This document shows, in pieces, positions 48,327 to 57,878 of a DNA stretch of 64,000 nt (position 1 is its first letter; each line of letters starts with the position of its first letter). The notes beneath the pieces were generated by a model. That model ran no database searches. It saw nothing but the letters and a program-made list of their open reading frames with translations, and was not told the origin of the DNA. Both the position numbers and the translations under genes were made by a program. This stretch comes from Anaerolineae bacterium (GTDB lineage Bacteria > Chloroflexota > Anaerolineae > Aggregatilineales > Phototrophicaceae), in the NCBI GenBank assembly GCA_022843385.1, contig JALHNT010000013.1, forward strand, positions 62,197-126,196, in the 5' to 3' direction.

Positions 48327-48331
48327 CCCCC

Positions 48332-48970
48332 TCAGCGCTGCTGACGGGCACGTCGTTCAACCTCGGTCAACGGTTCGGTTGGAGTATCCGCCTGCGCTTG
48401 CAGGTGATCAATATCGTGCAAGTACTCATCCTCTGGATCAACTGGTGGTAGGAGCACTCGATAAAAGCGATAGTAAGCCCGCGCCAGCCATCGCTGAAAC
48501 CGTACCACACGCGCTCCCCGGTCAATGCCCAGCGGAATCAAAATCAGCAGATCGAGGAACAAGAGCGGCGTGAGCAGAATGGCCGCCAGCAGCGCCAGCA
48601 ATCCCAGCGGCAGTTTGAGCAGCACATAGGTCAGACTGAGCCAGGTGATGGGACTGCTCAAGAGCAGGGTCAGCCGTTGAAAGACTCCCTGCCCTTCCAG
48701 GTTCAGCATTTCAGGGGGGTGAGGCAGTGCTTCTTCCAGTACAGCGGCCATTAGCTGTTGATCCATCAGGGCTATCGTGCGCGCCACACCGAGGGCGAAC
48801 AACAATATCGGAATGCCGATGATGACCGCTGATAATGCAATTCCGACGGACAGCAGGAGCGCCAGAAAACCGAAGTAGACCATGCCCAGCGTGAACTGGA
48901 TGATGAGCGATAACCAGTCGCGGATAATACCGCCATCGCTAAGCCATTCCAACCAGGGTCGGCGGGACAT
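48332..48970 (-). CDS. Sensor-domain (PF13796-like) membrane protein
   Basis: FTLG..YF..L..GI.LS.VIIGIP.L ... TW..L.Y.LLKLPLG pattern. Confidence 0.7.
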   Translation of the reverse strand: MSRRPWLEWLSDGGIIRDWLSLIIQFTLGMVYFGFLALLLSVGIALSAVIIGIPILLFALGVARTIALMDQQLMAAVLEEALPHPPEMLNLEGQGVFQRLTLLLSSPITWLSLTYVLLKLPLGLLALLAAILLTPLLFLDLLILIPLGIDRGARVVRFQRWLARAYYRFYRVLLPPVDPEDEYLHDIDHLQAQADTPTEPLTEVERRARQQR

Positions 48971-48982
48971 GGTCAGCCTGCC

Positions 48983-49714
48983 TCAGGGACGGATGGTGGT
49001 GGAGTCCTGCCAGGGTGGGCAGGCGCGGTTAATCGTCAGCAGATCGCCGGGCAGAATAAGGCGGTTGGCCCCCAACTGCGGATTGCTGGCGATCAGACAA
49101 CTCAGTTCGACATTAAATTCGCAGGCGATGAAATCCAGCGTGTCCCCGGCCTGAATGGTGTAGACACCGTTGACGACTTGCCGTCCGGCATTGCCATCAA
49201 AACGGCAGGCGTTGACTGTTGTGCCGGTCACAGTGGTTGTAGTAGCGGGCGCGATGGGGGCTGTTCCACCCCCCAGTCCCACCGTGCTGCAATCGCCGGG
49301 AATGAGGAGTACCTGACCGGGATAGATCAGGTCAGGATTGGCAATATTGTTGGCCTGCACCAGACAGCTCAACGGCCTGTTGAACTGGTTGGCGATCCGC
49401 CCCAGCCGATCCCCACGCTGAACGGTGTACTGCTGATCTTCGCCGATGACTACTCCGCCGCCCTGGCCTTCAACCGCCGCACAATCACCCGGGATGAAGA
49501 GTTCTTCCTTGCCACCCAGCACCGGGGCGAAAGTCGTCAGGTCATTCGCCAGTTGGAGGCAGAGAATCGGTTTCTCGAATTGTAAGGCGATGGAAATCAG
49601 AGTGTCGCCTTCTTCGATGACATAGGTTTCACCAGCGGGATCGTCTTGGGCGAAGGTCAGGCTAGCGCTGAAAGCCAGCAGCAGAAGCAGGAACAGCCAG
49701 AATGAGCGGCGCAT
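48983..49714 (-). CDS. Secreted protein with three LysM domains
   Basis: YVIEEGDTLISIA, YTVQRGDRLGRIA..NPDLIYPGQVLLIP and YTIQAGDTLDFIA. Confidence 0.88.
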   Translation of the reverse strand: MRRSFWLFLLLLLAFSASLTFAQDDPAGETYVIEEGDTLISIALQFEKPILCLQLANDLTTFAPVLGGKEELFIPGDCAAVEGQGGGVVIGEDQQYTVQRGDRLGRIANQFNRPLSCLVQANNIANPDLIYPGQVLLIPGDCSTVGLGGGTAPIAPATTTTVTGTTVNACRFDGNAGRQVVNGVYTIQAGDTLDFIACEFNVELSCLIASNPQLGANRLILPGDLLTINRACPPWQDSTTIRP

Positions 49715-49804
49715 AACACGGTTCTCCTTCAGCGTATCGAATCGTTCATAGTATACGCGGGATGGGTGAATTTCGCTTGCGGCGCTGATGAAGCAGGGTT
49801 GCGA

Positions 49805-50761
49805 TCACCCTGTAGCCAGCCCGTGATGTTTCTGATACCACGCCCAGGTGCGCGCCAATCCCTCGCGGATATGAACCTGAGGGTTGAAGCCCAGGCGTTC
49901 ACGGGCACGGGTGTTGTCACAATAGGTTATACGAGGTTCGCTGGCTGGGGCAGGCGTCGGTTGGCGAATGGCTTTCTGGCCGATCAGATCTTCATATATC
50001 TCAATGAATTCATTCAGCGAAATCGGCGCACCGTAGCCGATATTCATCAGCGCGAAGCCCATCGGACGGTCAAGCGCTGCCATGATGGCTGCCACTACAT
50101 CATCAACATACGTCCAGTCGCGTTTCAATTCGCCATTGTCATATACCGGCAACGGCTTTTGTTGCAGGATGGCTTCAATCGCCCGCAGCGGCATCATGTC
50201 CGGTCGCCCATTCGGGCCATAGACATTGAAGAAACGCAGGACGCTGAAGTTCAAGCCGAACATGTGATGGTAACTGTAACCGAAGAGCTCTGCGGCACGC
50301 TTGCTGGCCGGGTAGGCCGCCAGTGGCTCATCGGGCGCGTCTTCTTCGCGGAACGGGATACGCGACGTCTGTCCATAGACCGAGCTGGTAGAAGCCTGAA
50401 TGAACAGCTTGACATTGTGCCGGCGTGCCAGATCCATCAGATGGACCGCGCCGGTAACATTGACATCACTATATAACGGCCCCTGCTCAATCGAATTGCG
50501 CACCCCCGCTAGCCCCGCCATATTGGCGATATGGGTAATGTGATAGTCAGCGAACAGGCGTTCCAAGCCAGCACGATCACGAATATCGCCTTCAACGATC
50601 CGGGCCTGTTCACCCAAACCAGAGATGTTTGCTCGCTTGATGCGCGGATCATAATAGGAGTCAAAGTTGTCCAGCACGATCACAGGCTTCTGCTGCTGTA
50701 CCAATTTTGCGGCCAGACGGCTACCAATGAAACCAGCCCCACCTGCAATCAAGACTGCCAT
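49805..50761 (-). CDS. NAD-dependent epimerase (UDP-glucuronate 4-epimerase-like)
   Basis: GGAGFIG, DNFDSYYD..K, AGVR.S, YPASK, LRFFNVYGP.GRPDM and RDWTYVDD motifs. Confidence 0.88.
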   Translation of the reverse strand: MAVLIAGGAGFIGSRLAAKLVQQQKPVIVLDNFDSYYDPRIKRANISGLGEQARIVEGDIRDRAGLERLFADYHITHIANMAGLAGVRNSIEQGPLYSDVNVTGAVHLMDLARRHNVKLFIQASTSSVYGQTSRIPFREEDAPDEPLAAYPASKRAAELFGYSYHHMFGLNFSVLRFFNVYGPNGRPDMMPLRAIEAILQQKPLPVYDNGELKRDWTYVDDVVAAIMAALDRPMGFALMNIGYGAPISLNEFIEIYEDLIGQKAIRQPTPAPASEPRITYCDNTRARERLGFNPQVHIREGLARTWAWYQKHHGLATG

Positions 50762-50906
50762 TGTTTTTCTCCTCTATACGGCAGCATCATAACGGGTTTG
50801 ACCGAGATTGACAATAGAGCGCCTTTCAGGCTTGTCGTCAGGCTTTCGTTAGCCGGTCACAATAGGATACAATCAGCGAAATCACCACATTGTAAGGTCG
50901 CAGGAT

Positions 50907-51749
50907 ATGGAGCAGCGGGAAGAACGTCTGCTAGTTGCACTGGCACAAAAATACGCTCCCAGCATTCTCTCCACGCTGGATCGCAGTGGCGATCCCCAGG
51001 CGCGGTTGGGGCGTCTGGCGCGGCGATTGGCCGATTTCAACCTGCTGATCCTTGAGGCCGAGCAGCCATATTCTCTGCAATTGATCCAACGGGATGTTAA
51101 CAGTCTGATTGAAGAATGGCTGAACGGGTATATTCAGTTTTATCTGCGCATCTGCCGCGACCTGTTCCCCTCCTATGCCCGCTGGAATTTCCAGTACATC
51201 GACAACCAGTGGCCGATCCTGCTCTACATGGCCGGTGAAGCCACCCCAGTCATCCAACGGATGGCGGGTTATATTGTGCCTTATGTCACGCTTCGCCAAT
51301 TCGATAATCGTGTGCTGGATGCCGAATTGATTGGTTTGATTGATCTGGTGCTGGATGAGCTGGAAGCCGGCAGCCTGTCGCGCAACGCTTTCAAGCAGCT
51401 CCGCGATGATTGCGCCGCTATCCTCAAGCAAATGCTGCTCAACCTGCGCGTTCAGCAGCTCACCTTGACCCCATTTGACCGGGAAATCTTCACTGAAAGC
51501 CAGCGCATCATCCCAATCCGCAGCGATCCACCGCCGGTGCCTCCACCAGCGCCACCGGCCACCCTGCCTGAACCGATCAGCCCTCGTCATGACGATACCC
51601 AGCATGTACAGACCACTGGGATAATACCAGCAGTTACCCAACCGCCTGAGAATGGGACGAAATCCCCATCTCCCCGCGCACCGCGGCGCGAGACCTGGGA
51701 ACGCCGTCCGCCGGTTCCACCCCTGCCACGTTCGAAAACGGATGAGTAG
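50907..51749 (+). CDS. Hypothetical cytoplasmic protein with a Pro-rich tail
   Basis: Long ORF with AGGA SD, a helical core and a disordered PPVPPLP C-terminus. Confidence 0.7.
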   Translation: MEQREERLLVALAQKYAPSILSTLDRSGDPQARLGRLARRLADFNLLILEAEQPYSLQLIQRDVNSLIEEWLNGYIQFYLRICRDLFPSYARWNFQYIDNQWPILLYMAGEATPVIQRMAGYIVPYVTLRQFDNRVLDAELIGLIDLVLDELEAGSLSRNAFKQLRDDCAAILKQMLLNLRVQQLTLTPFDREIFTESQRIIPIRSDPPPVPPPAPPATLPEPISPRHDDTQHVQTTGIIPAVTQPPENGTKSPSPRAPRRETWERRPPVPPLPRSKTDE

Positions 51750-51827
51750 GGCGCATTAACGCACGCGCGCTGCTGAACTGCTATATAATCCACTCAAATC
51801 AAGGACTTGCTCTCAAGGAGTGTGACT

Positions 51828-52751
51828 GTGCGTCGATTACTGCTGCTGGCAGCCGGATTGCTGGCGCTGCTGCCAACCCTGGTGCTGGCTCAGGATACCC
51901 CTGTTTCAACTGAGGAACCGTCCGCGCAGGCCACGCCGGTTTCGCCGATTCCGGATGATGCGCTGCCGGTCCTAATTAATGCACGAACCGATCTAGAGCT
52001 GCTGGCGAATCAGGCCATCGGTGGCACCCGTCCGCCGGGTTGGAGCGGTAGTCTGAATGTCTCGGATGTCAATCTGCCGTTGCTCGTCCGCCTGGACCTC
52101 GAACTGCTGGTCGGCACCATCCTGGGTATTGACGAGCGCCCGGTTGGCTGGTTCGGCCCCGTGCCGGGGACGGCGTATTCGATTGCCCGCGATATTCGCC
52201 ACGATCTTGAACTGCTGGCTGATCAGTTCAACGGGCGCAATATCCGTCCGCCGGGCTGGGCCGGTTCCGACCCATTGCTGCGCTGCAACCGCGCCACCCA
52301 AACGCTGGTGACCCTGCTGGAACGTCAGGGAATCTTTACTCTGAATGTCGATATCAATGATGCCGATTTTTGCCAGAAGGCCGAGCTACAGGCCAGCCAG
52401 TTCGCCGAAACCAATCTATTGACCAGTGCGGCACCGGTGGCTGCGGCAGGTGTGTCCCAGACTCCACCTGGCAGCGCCCAGATCGACTCTGATCTGGCGG
52501 TGGCGTTTCTGGATCGCTTCGCTCGCCAGCAGGTCGGTCTGATCCCACCCGGCACACTGGTGACGCCAGTGGCGCGCAGCTTCACCACCTTCTCCAAGAT
52601 GATGCTGGTGCGTGGCGAGGGATTCGAGGTCTTCATCGATTACACCAGCAGCAGCCTGAGCGATGCTGATTTCCAGGCGCTGCCGAATGTCGATGATGTG
52701 GGTGCCAATACGGCCTGTGCCGCCGAATGGTGTCTAGGGGCAGGCGAATAG
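51828..52751 (+). CDS. Secreted protein with three R.DLELL..RP.GW repeats
   Basis: AGGAG SD with GTG start, signal peptide and an internal triple repeat. Confidence 0.72.
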   Translation: MRRLLLLAAGLLALLPTLVLAQDTPVSTEEPSAQATPVSPIPDDALPVLINARTDLELLANQAIGGTRPPGWSGSLNVSDVNLPLLVRLDLELLVGTILGIDERPVGWFGPVPGTAYSIARDIRHDLELLADQFNGRNIRPPGWAGSDPLLRCNRATQTLVTLLERQGIFTLNVDINDADFCQKAELQASQFAETNLLTSAAPVAAAGVSQTPPGSAQIDSDLAVAFLDRFARQQVGLIPPGTLVTPVARSFTTFSKMMLVRGEGFEVFIDYTSSSLSDADFQALPNVDDVGANTACAAEWCLGAGE

Positions 52752-52769
52752 GTGATCGGAATGGTTGAT

Positions 52770-52789
52770 GGGCGCTCGATGAAGCGCCC
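52770..52789. terminator. Hairpin between convergent genes
   Basis: GGGCGCT-CGATGA-AGCGCCC. Confidence 0.5.
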
Positions 52790-52794
52790 TCCAG

Positions 52795-53820
52795 TTATGG
52801 GTTCAGCCTGACAGGTTGACCGCTGCTGGCGGATTGATAGGCCGCAGCCACAATCTCGACGCCGCGCAGCCCGTCGATGCCAGTGATGGCTGGCGTGCGT
52901 TTGTCGCGGACCGCGGCGATGAACTCACGCAGCAGCCCGGCATTGGCATCTGACCCCCAGTAAGCCCATTGCGGGCGCTTGATGGCCTGGTTGTAAATGC
53001 TCATCACCTGCTTGAAGGCGTCCATTACCGCCAGGCCTTTTTCCGCCACCAGCTCCATCTTCAGCCCGCCCCATGTTGGGTAGTAGGCCGGCTTGCTCCA
53101 ACTGCAATCGAGGCTGGCGAAGACGCCGTTGGCGAACGTCAGCATCACCAGTCCACCGGTTTCTACCGCCACACTTTTGCCGCCGATAATCTGATTGCTG
53201 GCGGCATAGACTTCAGTCACTTCTGAACCCAGATACCAGCGCAGCAGATCGGCCAGATGAACGATGTGGTCGGTCAGTGCGCCACCACCCGCCAAGGCCT
53301 TATCGACGAACCAGTCACGCCTGAGGAATGGTAACACCTCGGCCTGATGAAATTCCGGCAGCGATCCCTGATTGGTGGTGTTACAGCCATAGATACGACC
53401 CAGGCTGCCAGACTCAATCAGCTTCTTGATCTCCTGTGCCGGCGGACTGAAGCGCATCGGCAATGCCGTCATCAGCGTGACATTGGCTTTCTGACAGATA
53501 TCCACGATGGTGCGGGCATCAGCCACGCTGGTCGACAGCGGCTTTTCGCACAGGATTGCGGCTCCGGCTTCGGCAGCCATCTGTACCAGAGGCAGATGAC
53601 GAGCATTCTCAGCAGTGACAATTACAGCATCCGGTTTCTCATTGAGCAGGTCAGTGTACGAGTCAAACTGGCGCACCTTGAACTGCTGGGCAAAGTAGCG
53701 CCCGCGTTCGTGATTATCGTCAGCGATACCGATGACTTCAACATCGGGCAGGGTTTGCAGCGCTGCCAGATACCCTTCAGCGTGAAGATGGGCAAAACTC
53801 AGAATTCCCAAGCGCATCAC
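52795..53820 (-). CDS. Gfo/Idh/MocA oxidoreductase
   Basis: GILSFAHLH, LCEKP, GGGALTDH.VH and WSKP..YPTWG motifs. Confidence 0.9.
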   Translation of the reverse strand: MMRLGILSFAHLHAEGYLAALQTLPDVEVIGIADDNHERGRYFAQQFKVRQFDSYTDLLNEKPDAVIVTAENARHLPLVQMAAEAGAAILCEKPLSTSVADARTIVDICQKANVTLMTALPMRFSPPAQEIKKLIESGSLGRIYGCNTTNQGSLPEFHQAEVLPFLRRDWFVDKALAGGGALTDHIVHLADLLRWYLGSEVTEVYAASNQIIGGKSVAVETGGLVMLTFANGVFASLDCSWSKPAYYPTWGGLKMELVAEKGLAVMDAFKQVMSIYNQAIKRPQWAYWGSDANAGLLREFIAAVRDKRTPAITGIDGLRGVEIVAAAYQSASSGQPVRLNP

Positions 53821-54821
53821 CGCACCTCCGCAATCTTGACCGAACGCCCGCTGCGCGCCGACTCAACCGCCGCCAGCGCGATCTGTACCGCAATCAGTCC
53901 ATCTTCGGCCTCGACGCGCGCCTGCTGCGTCCTGCCAGTCAGCACATCGTGGAAGTGCCTGATCTGAGTGGTATAAGGGTCTTCGGCCAGCGGGCTGAGT
54001 GGCAACCCCAGTTCAGCACTATCATCAGCACCGCTGCTTTTGAGATGAATGCTGAGTGGGGCCGAGCTATCCGCCGGGTGTTCGATCAGGCCAGCATCAC
54101 CCGCGATCTCCAGCGCCGTGCGGAACATAGGCGGGGGATAAGCCCAACCGCCCTCGACATTGCTGATCGCGCCGCTGCGATGCCTGAGGATCGCCAGGGC
54201 ATAATCTTCCGGGGCATTGGGGTCGGCGCTGCGAACGCTGCGGGCATAGACGCTCTCGACCTCGCCAGCAACCCAGCGGGCATAATCGAAATCGTGGATC
54301 ATCAGATCGAGCATCATGCCCCCGGAGCGCGCCGGATTGAGGAACCAGTTATCCACCGCCAGCTTGGGCTGAAAGGCGCAGCGCGTGAGCCGCACCACCG
54401 CCACTTGACCGATGTCACCCCGGTCAACAGCGGCTTTGGCCTGGGCATACTGTGGGAAGAAACGCACCACATGCGCTACCAGCAGCCTGACCCCAGCCTT
54501 GCGACAGGCTTCCACCATCTCTTTGGCCTGGGCAACTGTGCGCGCCAGCGGCTTTTCACAAACGATGTGTTTGCCGGCCCGCGCTGCCTGAAGCGCCATC
54601 TGATGATGCAGGTCAGTAGGGGTACAAATATCCAGCACATCAGAGTGGTCGATCAGGTCTTCCAGACTGTCAAAAGTGCGGACGAAGTAACGATCCGCCA
54701 GTCGCTTCGCCCGTTCATCGTGCAGCGAACGAATCCCAGCCAGTTCTACGGGCGTTTGTGACCAGGCGGCGGCATGCACAGTACCCATATTGCCGCTGCC
54801 GACAATCCCGACTTTCAGCAT
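53817..54821 (-). CDS. Gfo/Idh/MocA oxidoreductase
   Basis: GIVGSGNMG, VCEKP, AHVVRFFP and SGGMMLDLMIHDFD motifs. Confidence 0.9.
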   Translation of the reverse strand: MLKVGIVGSGNMGTVHAAAWSQTPVELAGIRSLHDERAKRLADRYFVRTFDSLEDLIDHSDVLDICTPTDLHHQMALQAARAGKHIVCEKPLARTVAQAKEMVEACRKAGVRLLVAHVVRFFPQYAQAKAAVDRGDIGQVAVVRLTRCAFQPKLAVDNWFLNPARSGGMMLDLMIHDFDYARWVAGEVESVYARSVRSADPNAPEDYALAILRHRSGAISNVEGGWAYPPPMFRTALEIAGDAGLIEHPADSSAPLSIHLKSSGADDSAELGLPLSPLAEDPYTTQIRHFHDVLTGRTQQARVEAEDGLIAVQIALAAVESARSGRSVKIAEVR

Positions 54822-54873
54822 AAACCCTGCCCTCTCACAATGAAGTAGCTTAATGACCCTGATTGTAACCATG

Positions 54874-54890
54874 AGCGGGTTGAACCCGCT
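54874..54890. promoter_or_regulatory. Operator-like palindrome AGCGGGTT-G-AACCCGCT
   Basis: Perfect 8-bp inverted repeat just upstream of a minus-strand TACAAT (-10 at 54862-54867). Confidence 0.45.
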
Positions 54891-55020
54891 ACTGCCTGAC
54901 CAACTGGCTCGATGAGGGATATCACACATTTTACAGATTGCTTACACACGCCCAGCAATCCGGTAACAGGTGGCGGCGATGATGGGTTCATCGTTAACTG
55001 ATGAACCTGGAGCCAATACC

Positions 55021-55494
55021 ATGAACCGTTTCCCTAAATTGATCGCCCTGCTCGTCACCATATTCGCCTTGCTGCTGGTGGTCGCGCCGACGCTGGCCGA
55101 TGACAGCGCCGTAACCCGCACTATCACCGAACAGCAGATCAACGAGTCCTACCGTGTGACCAACCCGGCTCGCCGCGCCGTCAGCGACCGCCTGGTAGAC
55201 CTGCAACCGGGACAGGTGGTGGTCAACGAAATCGTCACCCGCCGGGGACAGGAACCGGTCGCAGTGGTGGTGGTCTATACCCCCAGCGTGCAGAATGGCC
55301 GCCTGTTCTGGACGACGGTCAGCGTCACCCGCGATGGACAGCCGGCCTCGCAGGACATCATTGACCAGATCAACAACCACCGTCAGTCGAGCTGGCGCAA
55401 TTACTGGCGGCTGAATGGCCCGGAAGGCCGGGTGCAGTCGGTGACCATCAGCGACACCGAGATCGTCATCACCCTCAGCGCCCGCTCGCGCTAG
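55021..55494 (+). CDS. Secreted hypothetical protein
   Basis: GGAG SD, signal peptide and ITEQQINES..VQSVTISDTEIVIT (a DUF2993/LmeA-like pattern, uncertain). Confidence 0.7.
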   Translation: MNRFPKLIALLVTIFALLLVVAPTLADDSAVTRTITEQQINESYRVTNPARRAVSDRLVDLQPGQVVVNEIVTRRGQEPVAVVVVYTPSVQNGRLFWTTVSVTRDGQPASQDIIDQINNHRQSSWRNYWRLNGPEGRVQSVTISDTEIVITLSARSR

Positions 55495-55519
55495 TGCGTC
55501 ACCGTTTCTGAACCAGACC

Positions 55520-55551
55520 GGGCAGGCCGTCCATCCGACGCCTGCCTGTTT
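55520..55551 (+). terminator. Intrinsic terminator
   Basis: GGCAGG-C-CGTC..GACG-CCTGCC followed by TGTTT. Confidence 0.6.
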
Positions 55552-55628
55552 GATTCCCCGTCCGGTGGATTCGTCTGAACCACGCCAGCGGGATACAATT
55601 AACGCCCAGGTCGAAGGAGCAAATCAAT

Positions 55629-56459
55629 ATGGACTTTAGCGTTGCCTCGTATAGTTTTCATCGCCTGCTGGCCGCCGGTAAACAGGATATGTTCGGCTAC
55701 ATCGCTGACTGCAAGGCGCTCGGTTGTGCCTATCTCGATCCCTGGAATGGTCATCTGAAGCCGTTGATTGACGAGAGCAATGCTCTCAAAGCGGCGGGTT
55801 CGCTGACTGCGACCTTCTCCGAGCCGGGGTTGGCCTATGTGACACGGGTCAAAACGGCGGCTGACCAGGCCGGTTTGCCCTTCATCTGCCTGGCGGTGGA
55901 TGGGGCGCATATCTATGAACCGACGGTCGAAGCCCGCCAGATCAACCGGGCATCGGCTTATCGCTGGCTGGATGTGGCGCAGCGGTTGGGCGCGCAGCAA
56001 GTGCGCGTCGACTCAGGCGGCAGCGAGACGCTGACCGATGAGGTGTTCGCCCTCATCGTCGAAGGTTATCAGGATGTGATCGCCCGCGCCCGTTCGCTGG
56101 GGCTGGAGGTCATCATCGAGAATCACTGGGGTGCGTCGAGCGTGCCGGAGAATGTGCTGCGGATGCTGAAGGCCATCGATGGGTTGGGGCTGCTGTTCGA
56201 CAGCAACAACTTCGCTGACGGCTTGCAGGAAGAGGGCTGGGAGAAACTGACCCCCTACGCCAAGTCGGTGCACATCAAGACCTTCGCCTTCAACCCGGAT
56301 GGAACCGACCCGACGGTAGATATTCCGCGCGTGGTGCGGCTGCTGCGCGATCGCGGCTACACTGGCTGCTGGGGCATCGAGAGTATGCCGATGGATGGCG
56401 ATGAGATCGGCGGCGTCAGAAAGACGATGGCGCTGATTGAGCAATCGTTGGCGTTGTGA
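55629..56459 (+). CDS. Sugar phosphate isomerase/epimerase (AP_endonuc_2 TIM barrel)
   Basis: SYSFH, IENHWG, D.NNF, HIK and GIE metal-ligand pattern. Confidence 0.88.
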   Translation: MDFSVASYSFHRLLAAGKQDMFGYIADCKALGCAYLDPWNGHLKPLIDESNALKAAGSLTATFSEPGLAYVTRVKTAADQAGLPFICLAVDGAHIYEPTVEARQINRASAYRWLDVAQRLGAQQVRVDSGGSETLTDEVFALIVEGYQDVIARARSLGLEVIIENHWGASSVPENVLRMLKAIDGLGLLFDSNNFADGLQEEGWEKLTPYAKSVHIKTFAFNPDGTDPTVDIPRVVRLLRDRGYTGCWGIESMPMDGDEIGGVRKTMALIEQSLAL

Positions 56460-56462
56460 GAG

Positions 56463-56490
56463 AGTTGTTAGTTGTTAGTTCCTAGTTGGA
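56463..56490 (+). repeat. Imperfect heptamer tandem repeat (AGTTGTT-like x4)
   Basis: agttgtt agttgtt agttcct agttgga. Confidence 0.65.
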
Positions 56491-56547
56491 GAGCAGGCTG
56501 CCGGTGATGAAGCGGCAGATCAAACGGTTGATACTCAGGAGAAAATC

Positions 56548-57660
56548 ATGACAGCATCGCGTGAACCGGTTCGCATCGGCGTGATCGGCGTTGGGCAAAT
56601 CGGCAAGCATCATCTGGATAATTACAGCAAGATCGCGGACGCGCAGATCGTGGCGGTCGCGGATGTGAATGAGGCCGAAGCGCGACGGGTGGCCGGGCTG
56701 CACAACATCCCCAGCGTCTACACCGACTTCCGTGAGCTGCTGAAGCGCGACGACATCGTGGCGGTGGATGTGGCGCTGCATAACAACCTGCACATGCCGG
56801 TGACGGTGGCCGGGTTGCAGGCGGGCAAGCATGTCTATTGCGAGAAACCGATGGCCGGCTCGTACCGTGATGCCGAGACCATGTACACGACGGCACAGCA
56901 GGCCGGGCGCAAACTGAGCATTCAGCTTTCGACGCTGTTCTCGAACGAGGTCAAAGCCGCCCGTTACCTGATCGAAAAGGGACATCTGGGCAAGGTGTAT
57001 CATGCCCGCTCCAATGGGCATCGCCGCCGGGGGCGCCCGTTCGTCGATGGCTACGGCACGCCCAACTTCGTCCAGAAACAGAATGCCAGCGGTGGCGCCC
57101 TTTATGATATGGGTGTGTATCACATCGCCCAGATGCTCTATCTGCTGGGCAACCCCGCGCCCCAGACCATCAGCGGGCGGGTGTATCAGGAGTTGGCGAT
57201 GGACGAGGCGCGGCAGCAGCGCAGCGGCTACAACGTCGAGGAACTGGGGCTGGGCTTCGTCCGGTTGGCGGATAACATCACGCTCGACATCATCGAAGCC
57301 TGGGCGGTCAACATGGACAAGTTCGAGAGTTCGATGGTGATGGGGTCAGAAGGCGGCGTGCGGCTCGATCCGTTTGGTTATTTCCGCAGCGTCGGCGATC
57401 TCGACCTGGACAGCAGCGCCAGCATGGGCGGCTTCAACTGGCGCATCCACAACGTCGGCGTGGATGGCGATGCCTACGACAGCCCACAGCATCACTGGGT
57501 GGCGGCGCTGCAAGGGCGCGTCCCGCTGCTGCCGACGGCGGAACTGGCGCTGAACACCATGCTGATCTCGGAAGGGATTTATCGCTCCCATGCCCAGAAC
57601 CGCGAGGTGACCGCCGCTGAGGTGAAGGCCGAGTCGGTCTCGACCGCGCTGACGGTGTAA
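56548..57660 (+). CDS. Gfo/Idh/MocA oxidoreductase
   Basis: [20 protein letters not shown] and [11 protein letters not shown] motifs. Confidence 0.92.
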   Translation: MTASREPVRIGVIGVGQIGKHHLDNYSKIADAQIVAVADVNEAEARRVAGLHNIPSVYTDFRELLKRDDIVAVDVALHNNLHMPVTVAGLQAGKHVYCEKPMAGSYRDAETMYTTAQQAGRKLSIQLSTLFSNEVKAARYLIEKGHLGKVYHARSNGHRRRGRPFVDGYGTPNFVQKQNASGGALYDMGVYHIAQMLYLLGNPAPQTISGRVYQELAMDEARQQRSGYNVEELGLGFVRLADNITLDIIEAWAVNMDKFESSMVMGSEGGVRLDPFGYFRSVGDLDLDSSASMGGFNWRIHNVGVDGDAYDSPQHHWVAALQGRVPLLPTAELALNTMLISEGIYRSHAQNREVTAAEVKAESVSTALTV

Positions 57661-57878
57661 GCCAGGCCAGCGAGAACGCCACCGTGCCTGGGAGTGATAA
57701 GGCGACAACACGATTTTCACCACCAGCTACCGGTGCATCGAATTGAAGCTGAGTTGAGCAAGGTTGGTTCCAACAGACTGACCAAAGTGGCAGTATCTCA
57801 ACACAAACCGTATCGCAACCGCGCGGTATCTGCCTGTAAAATAGACAGCATCATCGAGTCATGTAAGTTTGAGGTGTC

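Noticed and set aside
57661-57878. Intergenic stretch with a 62-aa ORF, a possible gene relic
   Set aside because: No recognisable homology or structure by eye.
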